A DNA stretch of 59,517 nucleotides, from contig CAYFGV010000001.1 of the NCBI GenBank assembly GCA_964342845.1, forward strand, positions 1 to 59,517, written 5' to 3'. Source of the DNA: Candidatus Woesearchaeota archaeon (GTDB taxonomy: Archaea; Nanobdellota; Nanobdellia; SCGC-AAA011-G17; CAYFGV01). The notes under the pieces are model-generated. The model saw only the letters and a program-made list of their open reading frames with translations. It made no database searches and was not told the origin of the DNA. Position numbers and translations under genes: made by a program. Positions 44,282 through 53,554 of the stretch are shown piece after piece. Numbering within the stretch: the stretch's first letter is position 1; the number at the start of each line of letters is the position of its first letter.

Positions 44282-46489
44282 CTATTCTTTCAACAATCTA
44301 TTAATTTTTGATTCACTCCATCCTGCTTTCAACAACCCTCTTTTTATTTTCTCATTAGAATAACCTGCCTTTCTAGAATCCAAAACAAACTTAGCTAATT
44401 TTCTATCTTCGTCACTAGCACCACTAGCCAACCTATCTCTATTAGATTCAAGTTCGCTTTTCTTAGATTTACTACTTGATGCAGATTTTGTTAGACCTAA
44501 CTCATCTTTATATTTAATTACCAATACAACCCCTAAAACAAGAACAAACACCAACAAAGGAATCAAAATTATCCAAAATAAGCTAACTCCTTCATCATCA
44601 TCTTCAATATCTACTATAGGTGCCAAAACACACACATTACTACTACATTCATAACCACTTAAACAATGAGTATCATAAGCACATTGCACACAATTACCAC
44701 CCACACAATATTCATTAATACAATCAGAATCAAAACTACACTCAGTCTCATAACAACTTTGATTTAAAACAGGTATACTTTCATCAGTTCCACACTTATT
44801 CAAATCAGTACAATTCCTAGACTGAACACCACCACCACATTCATCCCATCCTGTACAATTCCAACTCTCTTTACATATATAATGTCCTGCCCCAGAAGAA
44901 ACATATTCTTCATTCAACCATGGAGAATAATCTACCACTCCTAAACTCTGATCATCTTCATAATCATATATATCAATCCGAATATCAACTTCATCAGCAG
45001 ATCCCCACCAGTTATTTTCAGCACTAACATTATCTGTCTGGTTATTATACATATTATAAGCAACACTATCAATTATATTATTATAAGAAAAAACATTATC
45101 AAAAGAACCTTCATCCAAATAAATACCAAATTCCGAACTATTCTCAATTATGTTATAGCTTAATGTATTATTAGTAGATTCATTTAAGATATTTATGCCT
45201 CTTCCAGCAGAATTATTTATTGTATTATAATTAATCTCATTACTGTCCGAACCCTTCCATATCTCTACTCCAAACAAACAACCATCTAAAACATTTTCTT
45301 TAAAGATATTATCATCACTTTCTTGATATAAGCCAACACAAGCATTCTCATCCATACCATTAATAATATTACCTTCAACAGTATTAGAATTACTATCATT
45401 AATAATAACAATCCCTATCCTGCCGTTATCACTAACAACATTACCCTCAATAATATTATAAGACGAATCCTTTAAATAAATACCATCTTCCAAACTATCA
45501 ACAATTTCATTGTCATAAACATTATTAGAATCCGCTCCTTCTAAAAATATTTGTCTTTTAAACCCTTTAAATTTACAATCTTTTATCTCAACACCATTTT
45601 GATTAGCTATGTATATCCCATATGTTCTACTGCTTCCTGTAAGAGTATAACCTCCACAATCAATTGTTATATCATCAGCACCAATAATCAAACCTTCTCC
45701 AAAACAAGAAATATCTTCTGTTAATTCAAGATCATCAGTTATAGTTGTTCCACATAAAGAAGAAGACTCATCTTCTTGACAATAATTATAATCTTCTCCA
45801 TAGACAGGCCAACCATTAAAACACCCAACCACATTATCAAACTTATTTCCAGTACCATCTATATTTGAATTAGAATCAGCTCCTGTACACTCAAAATCAA
45901 TATCTCCATTATCACAAACAATATTATCATTCATTTCAACCCAAGAAGTACCCTCAACTAAAATACCTGTATCAGAAGCACCACCAGAAAAAGATTCAAT
46001 ATAATTATTTCTAATCTCATTATCTTCCAAAATAATAAAACTATCACCAACATAAATCCCTTCTCCAAAATTCTCAATTTTACAATTCTTAACTTCAACT
46101 CCAGAAAAACCATCAACTTTAATACCTATTTGATCTCCATTATTTCCTTGTAATAAATTATCACCACAATCTAAAATAATATTGTCAGCACCAATAATCA
46201 AACCATCACCAGAACAAGTACTTCCAACAATAGGATCAGAAGTACTTAACGTATACTCAAAACCACCAGCATAAGAAAATAGAGTATCTCCACAATCACA
46301 ACCAGGAAGTTGTCTCCCTGAAAGATCATATCCACCACAATAAGTAGTAGTACTAAACCTCAACTCTTCACCAAAAAAACCTTCCTTAACAATAAAAACC
46401 CCAGAAAACACCAACAAAACAACAACTAAGTATAAAACAGCATGATTTCCAGTAAGCTCTCTTCTTCTCTTCACTCTCTTTTTTACCAT
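44282..46489 (-). CDS. large surface protein: parallel beta-helix (NosD/pectate-lyase-like) repeats, Cys-rich modules, C-terminal TM and cytoplasmic tail
   Basis: N-terminal anchor or signal. Repeated GLIIGADxIxLDC...CKIENF...NNxI beta-helix units, a W-C-x2-W-x2-C...CGT Cys module, a TM near the C-terminus and a basic tail. Confidence 0.7.
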   Translation of the reverse strand: MVKKRVKRRRELTGNHAVLYLVVVLLVFSGVFIVKEGFFGEELRFSTTTYCGGYDLSGRQLPGCDCGDTLFSYAGGFEYTLSTSDPIVGSTCSGDGLIIGADNIILDCGDNLLQGNNGDQIGIKVDGFSGVEVKNCKIENFGEGIYVGDSFIILEDNEIRNNYIESFSGGASDTGILVEGTSWVEMNDNIVCDNGDIDFECTGADSNSNIDGTGNKFDNVVGCFNGWPVYGEDYNYCQEDESSSLCGTTITDDLELTEDISCFGEGLIIGADDITIDCGGYTLTGSSRTYGIYIANQNGVEIKDCKFKGFKRQIFLEGADSNNVYDNEIVDSLEDGIYLKDSSYNIIEGNVVSDNGRIGIVIINDSNSNTVEGNIINGMDENACVGLYQESDDNIFKENVLDGCLFGVEIWKGSDSNEINYNTINNSAGRGINILNESTNNTLSYNIIENSSEFGIYLDEGSFDNVFSYNNIIDSVAYNMYNNQTDNVSAENNWWGSADEVDIRIDIYDYEDDQSLGVVDYSPWLNEEYVSSGAGHYICKESWNCTGWDECGGGVQSRNCTDLNKCGTDESIPVLNQSCYETECSFDSDCINEYCVGGNCVQCAYDTHCLSGYECSSNVCVLAPIVDIEDDDEGVSLFWIILIPLLVFVLVLGVVLVIKYKDELGLTKSASSSKSKKSELESNRDRLASGASDEDRKLAKFVLDSRKAGYSNEKIKRGLLKAGWSESKINRLLKE
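46059..46217. repeat. nucleotide-identical blocks shared with 47816-47974
   Basis: 49-nt exact block 46059-46107 = 47816-47864. 40-nt exact block 46178-46217 = 47935-47974. Both have the same offset of 1757 nt. Confidence 0.85.
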
Positions 46490-46530
46490 TGTACTAAAAA
46501 TAGGAACACTCCTTTATAAATATTTCCTCT

Positions 46531-48135
46531 TCATCCAACTATCATTTCTTCTCTTCTTCTATACTTAAAGAACAAAATAACACCTAAAATAGCTAAAAAT
46601 ATAAGTAAAGGAATTGTAATTACCCAAAACAAACTAGTTTCTTCATCTTCAATAATTTCTTCCAGAATACATTCTCCTTCAATACAATCATAACCAGTTT
46701 CACAATCTTCAGCACCAGTACATCCAGTTTCTACAATTATAACCTCACAACTTTGACTTAAACTAGGCATATCATCTTCAGTACCACAACTATTCAAATC
46801 AATACATTCCCTAGTTTGAACACTACTTACACATTCACCCCATCCCGCACAACTCCAATCTTCTTCACAAACCTCATCTTCATCATCATCGCCACCATTA
46901 CCACCACCACCGTTACCAGAATCATCTTCACCTTCATCATCAGCATAACAATAAGTATAATCATCAGAATAAACAGGCCAATCACCATGAACATTTACAT
47001 CTTCTCCGCAGATTTCAACAACATCAAACTCATTTCCAGCTCCAGAAATAGCAACAAGTCTCCCAGGAGATAATTCACCACCAAATCCTTCTTCCTCAGC
47101 TATAATCTTTGAACAATCAAAATCAATATTATTATCACAAACAATATTATTATCTATAAAGACCTCAGCACCATCCTCAATAATAGAAATACCAGCACCA
47201 TACTTAGTACCTAACTCTTCCCAATAATTATTAAGAATTTCATTATTTTCCATATAAACCTCACCAGCAGTATCTACAGTAATACCATCTCTAAAATTTT
47301 CTATTTTACAATTCTCAACCTTGGCACCATCCACAATATATAATCCAACAGATTCTTCTCCATTAACACCTTTAAGAGTATAACCGTCACAATCCAAAGT
47401 AGCTCCATCTCTATCAATAATCAGACCAATCTCATCACATGCTGCCCAAGTAATTGGATCAGCATCACTTAAAACATGACTATCAGCTAAAGTAGCACCA
47501 CACCCACATACTCCTTCATCTCCTCCACAAACATAATCTTCTTCACAATGTCTATAATTATCCTTATAAACAGGCCAACCATCACCACATTCAACAAAAT
47601 CAGCAAAAGTGTTTCCTCCACCAGAAAGAACAGAATCAGCACCACAACTAAAATCAACATCATTATCACAGACAATATTATCATTCATTTCAACCTCAGA
47701 AACACCTTCAACAAGAACTCCTGTAAAAGATTCATCCCCATAAACGAGCTCCCACACATAATTATTTCTAAGTTCATTATCTTCTAAAACAACTTCAGCG
47801 TCATTAATATATATACCTTCTCCAAAATTCTCAATTTTACAATTCTTAACTTCAACTCCAGAAACATCTTCAACCTTAATACCTATTTGCTCAACATTCT
47901 CACCTGTAAGTGTATAACCATCACAATCTAAAACAATATTGTCAGCACCAATAATCAAACCATCACCAGAACAAATACTTCCAACTATAGGATCAGCATC
48001 ACTCAAAACATAATCAGTAATTAAAGTACCTCCGCAGTCTTTTCCACTAATATCAGAAAGCCTTAAAGTAGACTCACACCCACTTAATAAAAGAACAATT
48101 AATACAAAAAACCATAAACCTCTTTTTTCAATCAT
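46531..48135 (-). CDS. paralogous beta-helix / Cys-rich surface protein with C-terminal TM
   Basis: Same N-terminal module as 44282-46489, duplicated internally. LLSGC lipobox-like signal. ATG at 48135 with TTTATAAA 23 nt upstream; the track start at 48141 is TTG. Confidence 0.7.
   Translation of the reverse strand: MIEKRGLWFFVLIVLLLSGCESTLRLSDISGKDCGGTLITDYVLSDADPIVGSICSGDGLIIGADNIVLDCDGYTLTGENVEQIGIKVEDVSGVEVKNCKIENFGEGIYINDAEVVLEDNELRNNYVWELVYGDESFTGVLVEGVSEVEMNDNIVCDNDVDFSCGADSVLSGGGNTFADFVECGDGWPVYKDNYRHCEEDYVCGGDEGVCGCGATLADSHVLSDADPITWAACDEIGLIIDRDGATLDCDGYTLKGVNGEESVGLYIVDGAKVENCKIENFRDGITVDTAGEVYMENNEILNNYWEELGTKYGAGISIIEDGAEVFIDNNIVCDNNIDFDCSKIIAEEEGFGGELSPGRLVAISGAGNEFDVVEICGEDVNVHGDWPVYSDDYTYCYADDEGEDDSGNGGGGNGGDDDEDEVCEEDWSCAGWGECVSSVQTRECIDLNSCGTEDDMPSLSQSCEVIIVETGCTGAEDCETGYDCIEGECILEEIIEDEETSLFWVITIPLLIFLAILGVILFFKYRRREEMIVG
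47816..47974. repeat. nucleotide-identical blocks shared with 46059-46217
   Basis: Partner copy of the repeat above, checked by direct comparison of the two stretches. Confidence 0.85.
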
Positions 48136-48158
48136 CAACAATATTATAGACTACACCT

Positions 48159-48446
48159 TTATAAATATTTCCCTAAAAAACTCAAATCATCTCCAACTTC
48201 ATACTTTAAATCTTCTCCTTCCAAAACATACTTCCCTCTAAAACTTTTCCCAAAATTAAATGGTTTAAACCTTTTCTTAGCAACAACTTTAAAAGAAGAA
48301 TCCAACCATAAAACATCAAAACAAAAAAACACAAAAAAACTATGAATTGAAATTCTTCTCACTTTCTTAAAAACAAATAATAAATCTTCACACTCAAACC
48401 TAAACATCAACCCAACAAACCTCATTAAACCCTTATAAACCTTCAT
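48159..48446 (-). CDS. DUF192-like small protein
   Basis: KGLMRFVGLMF...FDVLWLDSSFKVV...YVLEGE resembles the DUF192 (COG1430) pattern GLM...F.F...DiiFld...V...yVLE. Confidence 0.5.
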   Translation of the reverse strand: MKVYKGLMRFVGLMFRFECEDLLFVFKKVRRISIHSFFVFFCFDVLWLDSSFKVVAKKRFKPFNFGKSFRGKYVLEGEDLKYEVGDDLSFLGKYL

Positions 48447-49237
48447 TCAAAAACACCAGCCAAATAACTAATAAAATTTTCATAATCTTGATCAACCTCT
48501 CCAGAATCATGATGTACTAATTTTCTAAAGCCTTTAACTTCCAATCTATTCATCAAACTAATAAAACTCAAAAACAAATCAGTATTATAATTTTTACCTT
48601 TACAATACTCTTTAATCTTTTCATAATCTAAAAAAGCATCAATCAAACCTTCATCCATCCTTAAAACTTCTTCTCTTTTATTAAATTTAAAAGGCTCATA
48701 TTTAAAACCCTTCCCAAATTTAGTTAAATTACTTGCCAAAATAACAGAAATATCTTTCTTAACAAGCTCCTTAATCAAATTTTCATCATATTCATTAATA
48801 CTAATACAAAGTACCTTAAGATCTCTTAAATTATTCTTACAAACAAACTGTAAAAAAGGTAATTGTAATCTAGCCTCTTTTCCTAATGTTATATTTTCTT
48901 TAAAACCAGTATTTTTAATCAATAATCTAGCAAAATCAATATCAGTCCTAACAAAACCAAAAGGAGTTTGAGAATTTCCAACAAAAATACTATTTTCTTC
49001 CCCTTTAGTCAAAATAACAAACAGCTCAGGAAATTTACCTTCGCCAATTTCCTTATAAGCCCAAGCCATTGCTTCCCCACAATATTTATAATCAAAACAA
49101 GGGCCTATAACTCCAAAAATCTTCTTCTCACTCCTAGAAACAGGTAAATCTCCTGGTCCTCTCTCTCCATAAAAGCAGTCCTTTATTTGCTTATTCAAAG
49201 CAGCAAAATCATTTTTATATAATTCCACTAAACCCAC
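48443..49237 (-). CDS. Memo-like (AmmeMemoRadiSam B family) protein with degenerate metal-site motifs
   Basis: GVIGPCFDYKYCGEAMAWAY (family: PHAGYxYSG), ARLQLPFLQF (family: EHSxExxLPFLQ), C-terminal FISYLAGVF. Confidence 0.5.
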   Translation of the reverse strand: MGLVELYKNDFAALNKQIKDCFYGERGPGDLPVSRSEKKIFGVIGPCFDYKYCGEAMAWAYKEIGEGKFPELFVILTKGEENSIFVGNSQTPFGFVRTDIDFARLLIKNTGFKENITLGKEARLQLPFLQFVCKNNLRDLKVLCISINEYDENLIKELVKKDISVILASNLTKFGKGFKYEPFKFNKREEVLRMDEGLIDAFLDYEKIKEYCKGKNYNTDLFLSFISLMNRLEVKGFRKLVHHDSGEVDQDYENFISYLAGVFE

Positions 49238-50124
49238 CGTTTTTTCTTAAAAAACAAGAACATAATCAGCACACTTACAAACATAATTACTATAGGAAAA
49301 TAAAACCCATAAGCATTATCAAACCAAGGAATTACAGCAAAATTCATCCCCCAAATACCTGAAATAAGCATAGGTAATAACAACAAAGAAGCAATAACAG
49401 TAAATCCCCTCATAACATCACCTAATTTATTAGAAACAGAACTCATATACATGTCCATAACCTCTGTCAGTCTCTCTCTAAAAATCTCTTGAGTATTCTC
49501 TATCTGTTTAACCTCTAAATATAAATCACTCAAACCCTTAATTCTAGACAAACCTTTAGCCTTAGCTAGTCTATAAATAACATCCATATCAGCCTTTAAA
49601 GATTTTCTAAAAAATAATAGCTTCTTTTTTAAAGCAAAAGCTTCTTCTAAATCCCTATCATTTGCATGTTTTAATATACTATCTTCTAGTTTATCTAATT
49701 TATCTCCGATAGAATCTAAGTTTGAAGAAAAGTCCTTTACAATATTTAACAGAATCCTATAAAATATAGAACCTACTCCTTCTTTAAAAGAGTTTTTATC
49801 TAAACTCTTACTAACAGCCTTTAATGCTTTAACACCATCTTTATGTACAGTTAAAATAAAGTTTTTACCTAAAAAAACCCCTAAAGTCGTACCATTCTTA
49901 TTTGAAGGAGCCTTTAAAACCACAAAAATATAATCTTTTTTTTCTTCTATTCTTGGTAGCTCTCTCACATCTAAAGAATCTAATAAATCATCATGGGTAA
50001 TTTTTAGTTTTTTAGTTAACTCTTTTAATTCATTTTTATCAGGTTTATTAACATCAATCCAAGAATTTTTAAAGCTATTTCTAAGACTAGTCTTTACACT
50101 TCCACCAGAATAAACCTTAATCAT
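49228..50124 (-). CDS. corA: magnesium/cobalt transporter CorA
   Basis: GMNF signature (GIWGMNFAVIPW) before the last TM, and two C-terminal TMs. Confidence 0.9.
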   Translation of the reverse strand: MIKVYSGGSVKTSLRNSFKNSWIDVNKPDKNELKELTKKLKITHDDLLDSLDVRELPRIEEKKDYIFVVLKAPSNKNGTTLGVFLGKNFILTVHKDGVKALKAVSKSLDKNSFKEGVGSIFYRILLNIVKDFSSNLDSIGDKLDKLEDSILKHANDRDLEEAFALKKKLLFFRKSLKADMDVIYRLAKAKGLSRIKGLSDLYLEVKQIENTQEIFRERLTEVMDMYMSSVSNKLGDVMRGFTVIASLLLLPMLISGIWGMNFAVIPWFDNAYGFYFPIVIMFVSVLIMFLFFKKKRWV

Positions 50125-50157
50125 GTTTCTAATTTAAGGATAAGAAGTTTATAAAGA

Positions 50158-51144
50158 TTATTGTTTTTTAAGTATTTTTTTAATTAAGTCCCAATAAGAG
50201 TCAGTTGCAATATTTTTAGCTTTTCCATCAAAAACCCGTGTGTACATCCCTAAAGAAGATAGTGTAACTTCTCCTAATAAAGGATTACACCTATCACCTA
50301 TCAAATCCACTCTAGCTAACAAAGATTCTGGAGCAACAAACTCTCTAACTTCTTCAGCAAGTTTCTCCTCCTCTTGGGTCGGATTAATTAAGGTCCTCTC
50401 AATAGAGTCGCCTCTACTTATTATAAATTCATCAGATTCCTTTAGTACTGTATATTTTAATTCGCCGTCAAAATAAAAAAGAGACCTCTCCCCAAGAGTA
50501 TATATTTCAGGCACAAACCCCTGAATAAGAACTTCAGAATCATTTTTAATTATATCTTCAACAACACTTAAATTACCTCCAGGAAATTTCTCAACACCAA
50601 ATCCACGAAAACCATTTATTGGTTTAGTTACATAGCCTTCATACTTTTCTAACAAGTCATGAGAAACAGTATATAAATCTTCCAAAGAAGTAACCAAAAA
50701 AGTATCAGGAATAGGAAATCCTTGTTCATACAAGTCAATTAAATACTTCTTCTTTTTCTTCCTAGCTCTTAAAACAGTTTCTGTAGGATTAATAGTAAGC
50801 ACTTCTGAATTTTGATGCAATCTATCAACCATCTCAGTTATTTTTTCATCAGAATCTCTAACTTCAGAAATATCACCAAAACCTAGAAAACATAAAACAT
50901 CTAAATAATTTATAGACTTACCCTCTAAACATCTTCCATTAGATAAACCATACATCTTATCCACGAAAAGGTCTCTTCCCACCCCACCCCATTTTAAATT
51001 ATAAATCTCTACATTATGTTTAATTAGCTCAAGAATAATATTTCTATAATTTATCGAACCAGGCCAACCAAATTGTATATTAGAATCTAAAGGAGAACCA
51101 CATTCGTTCTCAGAATACATCAAACCTACTTTAACTTTTTTCAT
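50158..51144 (-). CDS. ATP-grasp ligase (RimK-like)
   Basis: ATP-grasp layout: YLIDLYEQGFPIPDTF, VTKPINGFRGFGV, LIQGFVPEI...GERSLFYFDGE, RVDLIG...LGEVTL. Confidence 0.7.
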   Translation of the reverse strand: MKKVKVGLMYSENECGSPLDSNIQFGWPGSINYRNIILELIKHNVEIYNLKWGGVGRDLFVDKMYGLSNGRCLEGKSINYLDVLCFLGFGDISEVRDSDEKITEMVDRLHQNSEVLTINPTETVLRARKKKKKYLIDLYEQGFPIPDTFLVTSLEDLYTVSHDLLEKYEGYVTKPINGFRGFGVEKFPGGNLSVVEDIIKNDSEVLIQGFVPEIYTLGERSLFYFDGELKYTVLKESDEFIISRGDSIERTLINPTQEEEKLAEEVREFVAPESLLARVDLIGDRCNPLLGEVTLSSLGMYTRVFDGKAKNIATDSYWDLIKKILKKQ

Positions 51145-52183
51145 TTTTCAAAGAATACAATTCTTCTGCAAATTCAATTATTCTATTATTAACTCTATCG
51201 ATCTCATTTCGCTCGATAATAGGAGTTATCCATTCCGGACATCTAACATTAATTTCCAATAACTTTGTATTATCTAAGCTAGCTCCTTCTTTAGGACCCA
51301 TAATATCTGCAGCAACCAAATACAAACCATCATTCTGTAATTGTGGAGCAATTCCTGAAACAATTTGAAGGTCCTCTTCAGTAGGGGTATGCTTAGTAAA
51401 AATGGCACCAGCTCCTTCATTTCCTCTAATATCTTCTTCAGAATGAATTTTTGCATAAGAAGTTAAAATCTCTGATCCATTCAACAACACCAATCTTCTT
51501 TCGATTCCTTGTGCTTGTTCTTGCAATATAAAAGGCCTAACTCCAGAAGTAGAAGAATGAAAATCCTTTAAAAGTAGCTCAATCAAAGGAGTAAGACTCT
51601 TTTTATAATCTTTACTAATACCTATGACGCCTTTTCCACCTAAAGCATCCACTGGTTTAGCAATCCATTTCCCTCCTTCTGTTACGATCTTCCTTATCCT
51701 GCTTTCATCTTTAGTTATATGAGTAACAGGAAGGCAATCTTTCAAAACAAGAGTATCATAAATTTTAGAACCAGCCTTAGAAACGCCATCAGGATCATTA
51801 ACGAAGACAATATCTGGATAAAGTGATTTAATACATCTCAAATAATCTATCGCATTCTTATCATACAATTCATCTTCTCTATTTTTAGAAACAGTTCTAA
51901 GAAAAATTATGTCAAAGTTTTCTACAGGTTCACTTATATTAGTAGTAAATCTAGGCTCAGCAATATAATCCAAATAAGACTCCAAACTACTAATCTTTTC
52001 AGCATTTGGCTTTCTTGTTATTGCATAAAGTCCTCTTTTTCCAATAAAAAAATCCATCGGATAAACAACACGTAAATCATGGCCTCTCGTATAAGCAGTA
52101 AAAATTAAATTAAGTTCTGTCGAATTTACAGAAGTAAGATCTCTTGGTTTAACTACATACAAAGACTTGATTTTTCTTTTCAT
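51131..52183 (-). CDS. ATP-grasp ligase, prokaryotic glutathione-synthetase (GshB)-like
   Basis: FDIIFLR (pre-ATP-grasp), WIAKPVDALGGKGV, ERRLVLLNG, IRGNEGAGA, LLEINVRCPEW; these parallel GshB motifs. Confidence 0.7.
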   Translation of the reverse strand: MKRKIKSLYVVKPRDLTSVNSTELNLIFTAYTRGHDLRVVYPMDFFIGKRGLYAITRKPNAEKISSLESYLDYIAEPRFTTNISEPVENFDIIFLRTVSKNREDELYDKNAIDYLRCIKSLYPDIVFVNDPDGVSKAGSKIYDTLVLKDCLPVTHITKDESRIRKIVTEGGKWIAKPVDALGGKGVIGISKDYKKSLTPLIELLLKDFHSSTSGVRPFILQEQAQGIERRLVLLNGSEILTSYAKIHSEEDIRGNEGAGAIFTKHTPTEEDLQIVSGIAPQLQNDGLYLVAADIMGPKEGASLDNTKLLEINVRCPEWITPIIERNEIDRVNNRIIEFAEELYSLKNEKS

Positions 52184-52887
52184 TTTATAATTCTCCTTAA
52201 GTTATTTCCTAAAATATCCTTTATTAACTCCCGTTTATTACAAGCTTCACAGGCATACTTAACCTTTTCGATTTCAAGTTTAGGATGATGATACGGTGCA
52301 TCAGACCCAAATAATATTTTTCTCTTATCAACTACTAGATCCAGTACTTTTCTCGTCCTCATCAAAGATAGCAAAGACAGCTCAATATAGAAATTAGGCC
52401 TATCATTCACCAAAGAAATAGCATCATTAAAATAATCTTTACCTCCATGACCAATAATAATCGGACTAGAAAAACAAGGCAAGTCTTTTAGATATTCAAC
52501 TCTTTGGCTTTGCAGATTCCCTGTATGTACCAATATAGGCAAACCTAACTCATCTAATTTCTTAAAAAATTCAGGATATTCCGAAAAATTTTCATTTAAG
52601 GTGTTATGTAATTTTACTCCTTTCAAATTCAAAGAAGATATGTGATCTATTTCATCCATATAGTCAGAAGACAACAAATTTATTCTTCCAAAAGGGATAA
52701 AAGGGTTATTAAGTTTTGCAATTTCTTCATTTTGACCGTAGTAAGAATCTGAATGACTTAATGGTGCAAAAGGAAAAATAACACATTTATCAACTTTTGC
52801 TTCACTCATTTTTTTAAGCAATAATTCAACATCTTGTTGTTCATAATCATTCTCATATCCTATGTGTGCATGGCAATCTATTATCAT
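52180..52887 (-). CDS. metal-dependent amidohydrolase (Amidohydro_2/TIM-barrel)
   Basis: N-terminal IIDCHAHIG, internal VHTG and GHGG, C-terminal FGSDAPYHHP. Confidence 0.75.
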   Translation of the reverse strand: MIIDCHAHIGYENDYEQQDVELLLKKMSEAKVDKCVIFPFAPLSHSDSYYGQNEEIAKLNNPFIPFGRINLLSSDYMDEIDHISSLNLKGVKLHNTLNENFSEYPEFFKKLDELGLPILVHTGNLQSQRVEYLKDLPCFSSPIIIGHGGKDYFNDAISLVNDRPNFYIELSLLSLMRTRKVLDLVVDKRKILFGSDAPYHHPKLEIEKVKYACEACNKRELIKDILGNNLRRIIK

Positions 52888-52917
52888 TGTATATATTTAT
52901 TATAGCTTAAATTTTCT

Positions 52918-53499
52918 CTACTCCAAAACAAAATCATCAACTTTATACTTAAAATCCAAACCTAAATGTTTCACATACTCTTTAGCCATAACCCAGAATA
53001 ACAAACCTAAACTTTTCTTCCCTTTATTATTACAAGGAACAACCAAATCAGTATTTTTAGCCTCATTATTAGTATCACAAAAAGCAATAACTGGAATACC
53101 TAAACGAGAAGCATCCTCTACAGCATTCTTATCAGGTCCAGAATCAACAACTATAATTAGTTTAACTTCCATAAATTCTTCTAAATCAGAATTAGTTAGG
53201 ATTCCAGGAGGATATCTTCCAGCAAAAACACTAACACTTGTCAATTTAGAAAACAATTTAACAGCTTTCCAACCATTCTCTCTTCTACAAACAACCAAAA
53301 TCTCATCAGGTTTATAGTTTTTCATCATATTTATAGCTAAAACTAGCCTTTTGTTTATATCTTCAACATTTAATACAGGCAAACCATCAGGCCTAACTTT
53401 GTAAATAAAAGGAGCCATATCAGCAGTCTTATACTTATTACCAATATGTAAACCAACTTTTAAATAATCATCCAATGGAACTAATAATTGTTCTGTCAT
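52918..53499 (-). CDS. rps2: 30S ribosomal protein S2 (uS2)
   Basis: LLVPLDDYLKVGLHIGNKYKT...IPVIAFCDTNN, archaeal S2/SA. TTTATAAA 26 nt upstream. Confidence 0.9.
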   Translation of the reverse strand: MTEQLLVPLDDYLKVGLHIGNKYKTADMAPFIYKVRPDGLPVLNVEDINKRLVLAINMMKNYKPDEILVVCRRENGWKAVKLFSKLTSVSVFAGRYPPGILTNSDLEEFMEVKLIIVVDSGPDKNAVEDASRLGIPVIAFCDTNNEAKNTDLVVPCNNKGKKSLGLLFWVMAKEYVKHLGLDFKYKVDDFVLE

Positions 53500-53554
53500 T
53501 TTACAAAAAAGAATAAATCATACCTTTATAAACCTTTTTATCAACACTAATAAA

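Noticed and set aside
46816-47787. Plus-strand ORFs (46816-47073, 47548-47787) and a minus-strand alternative-frame ORF (47487-47684) within the beta-helix surface-protein gene.
   Set aside because: They are shadows or alternative-frame ORFs with Ile/Thr/Asn low-complexity translations. The main frame has clear repeat and Cys-module structure.
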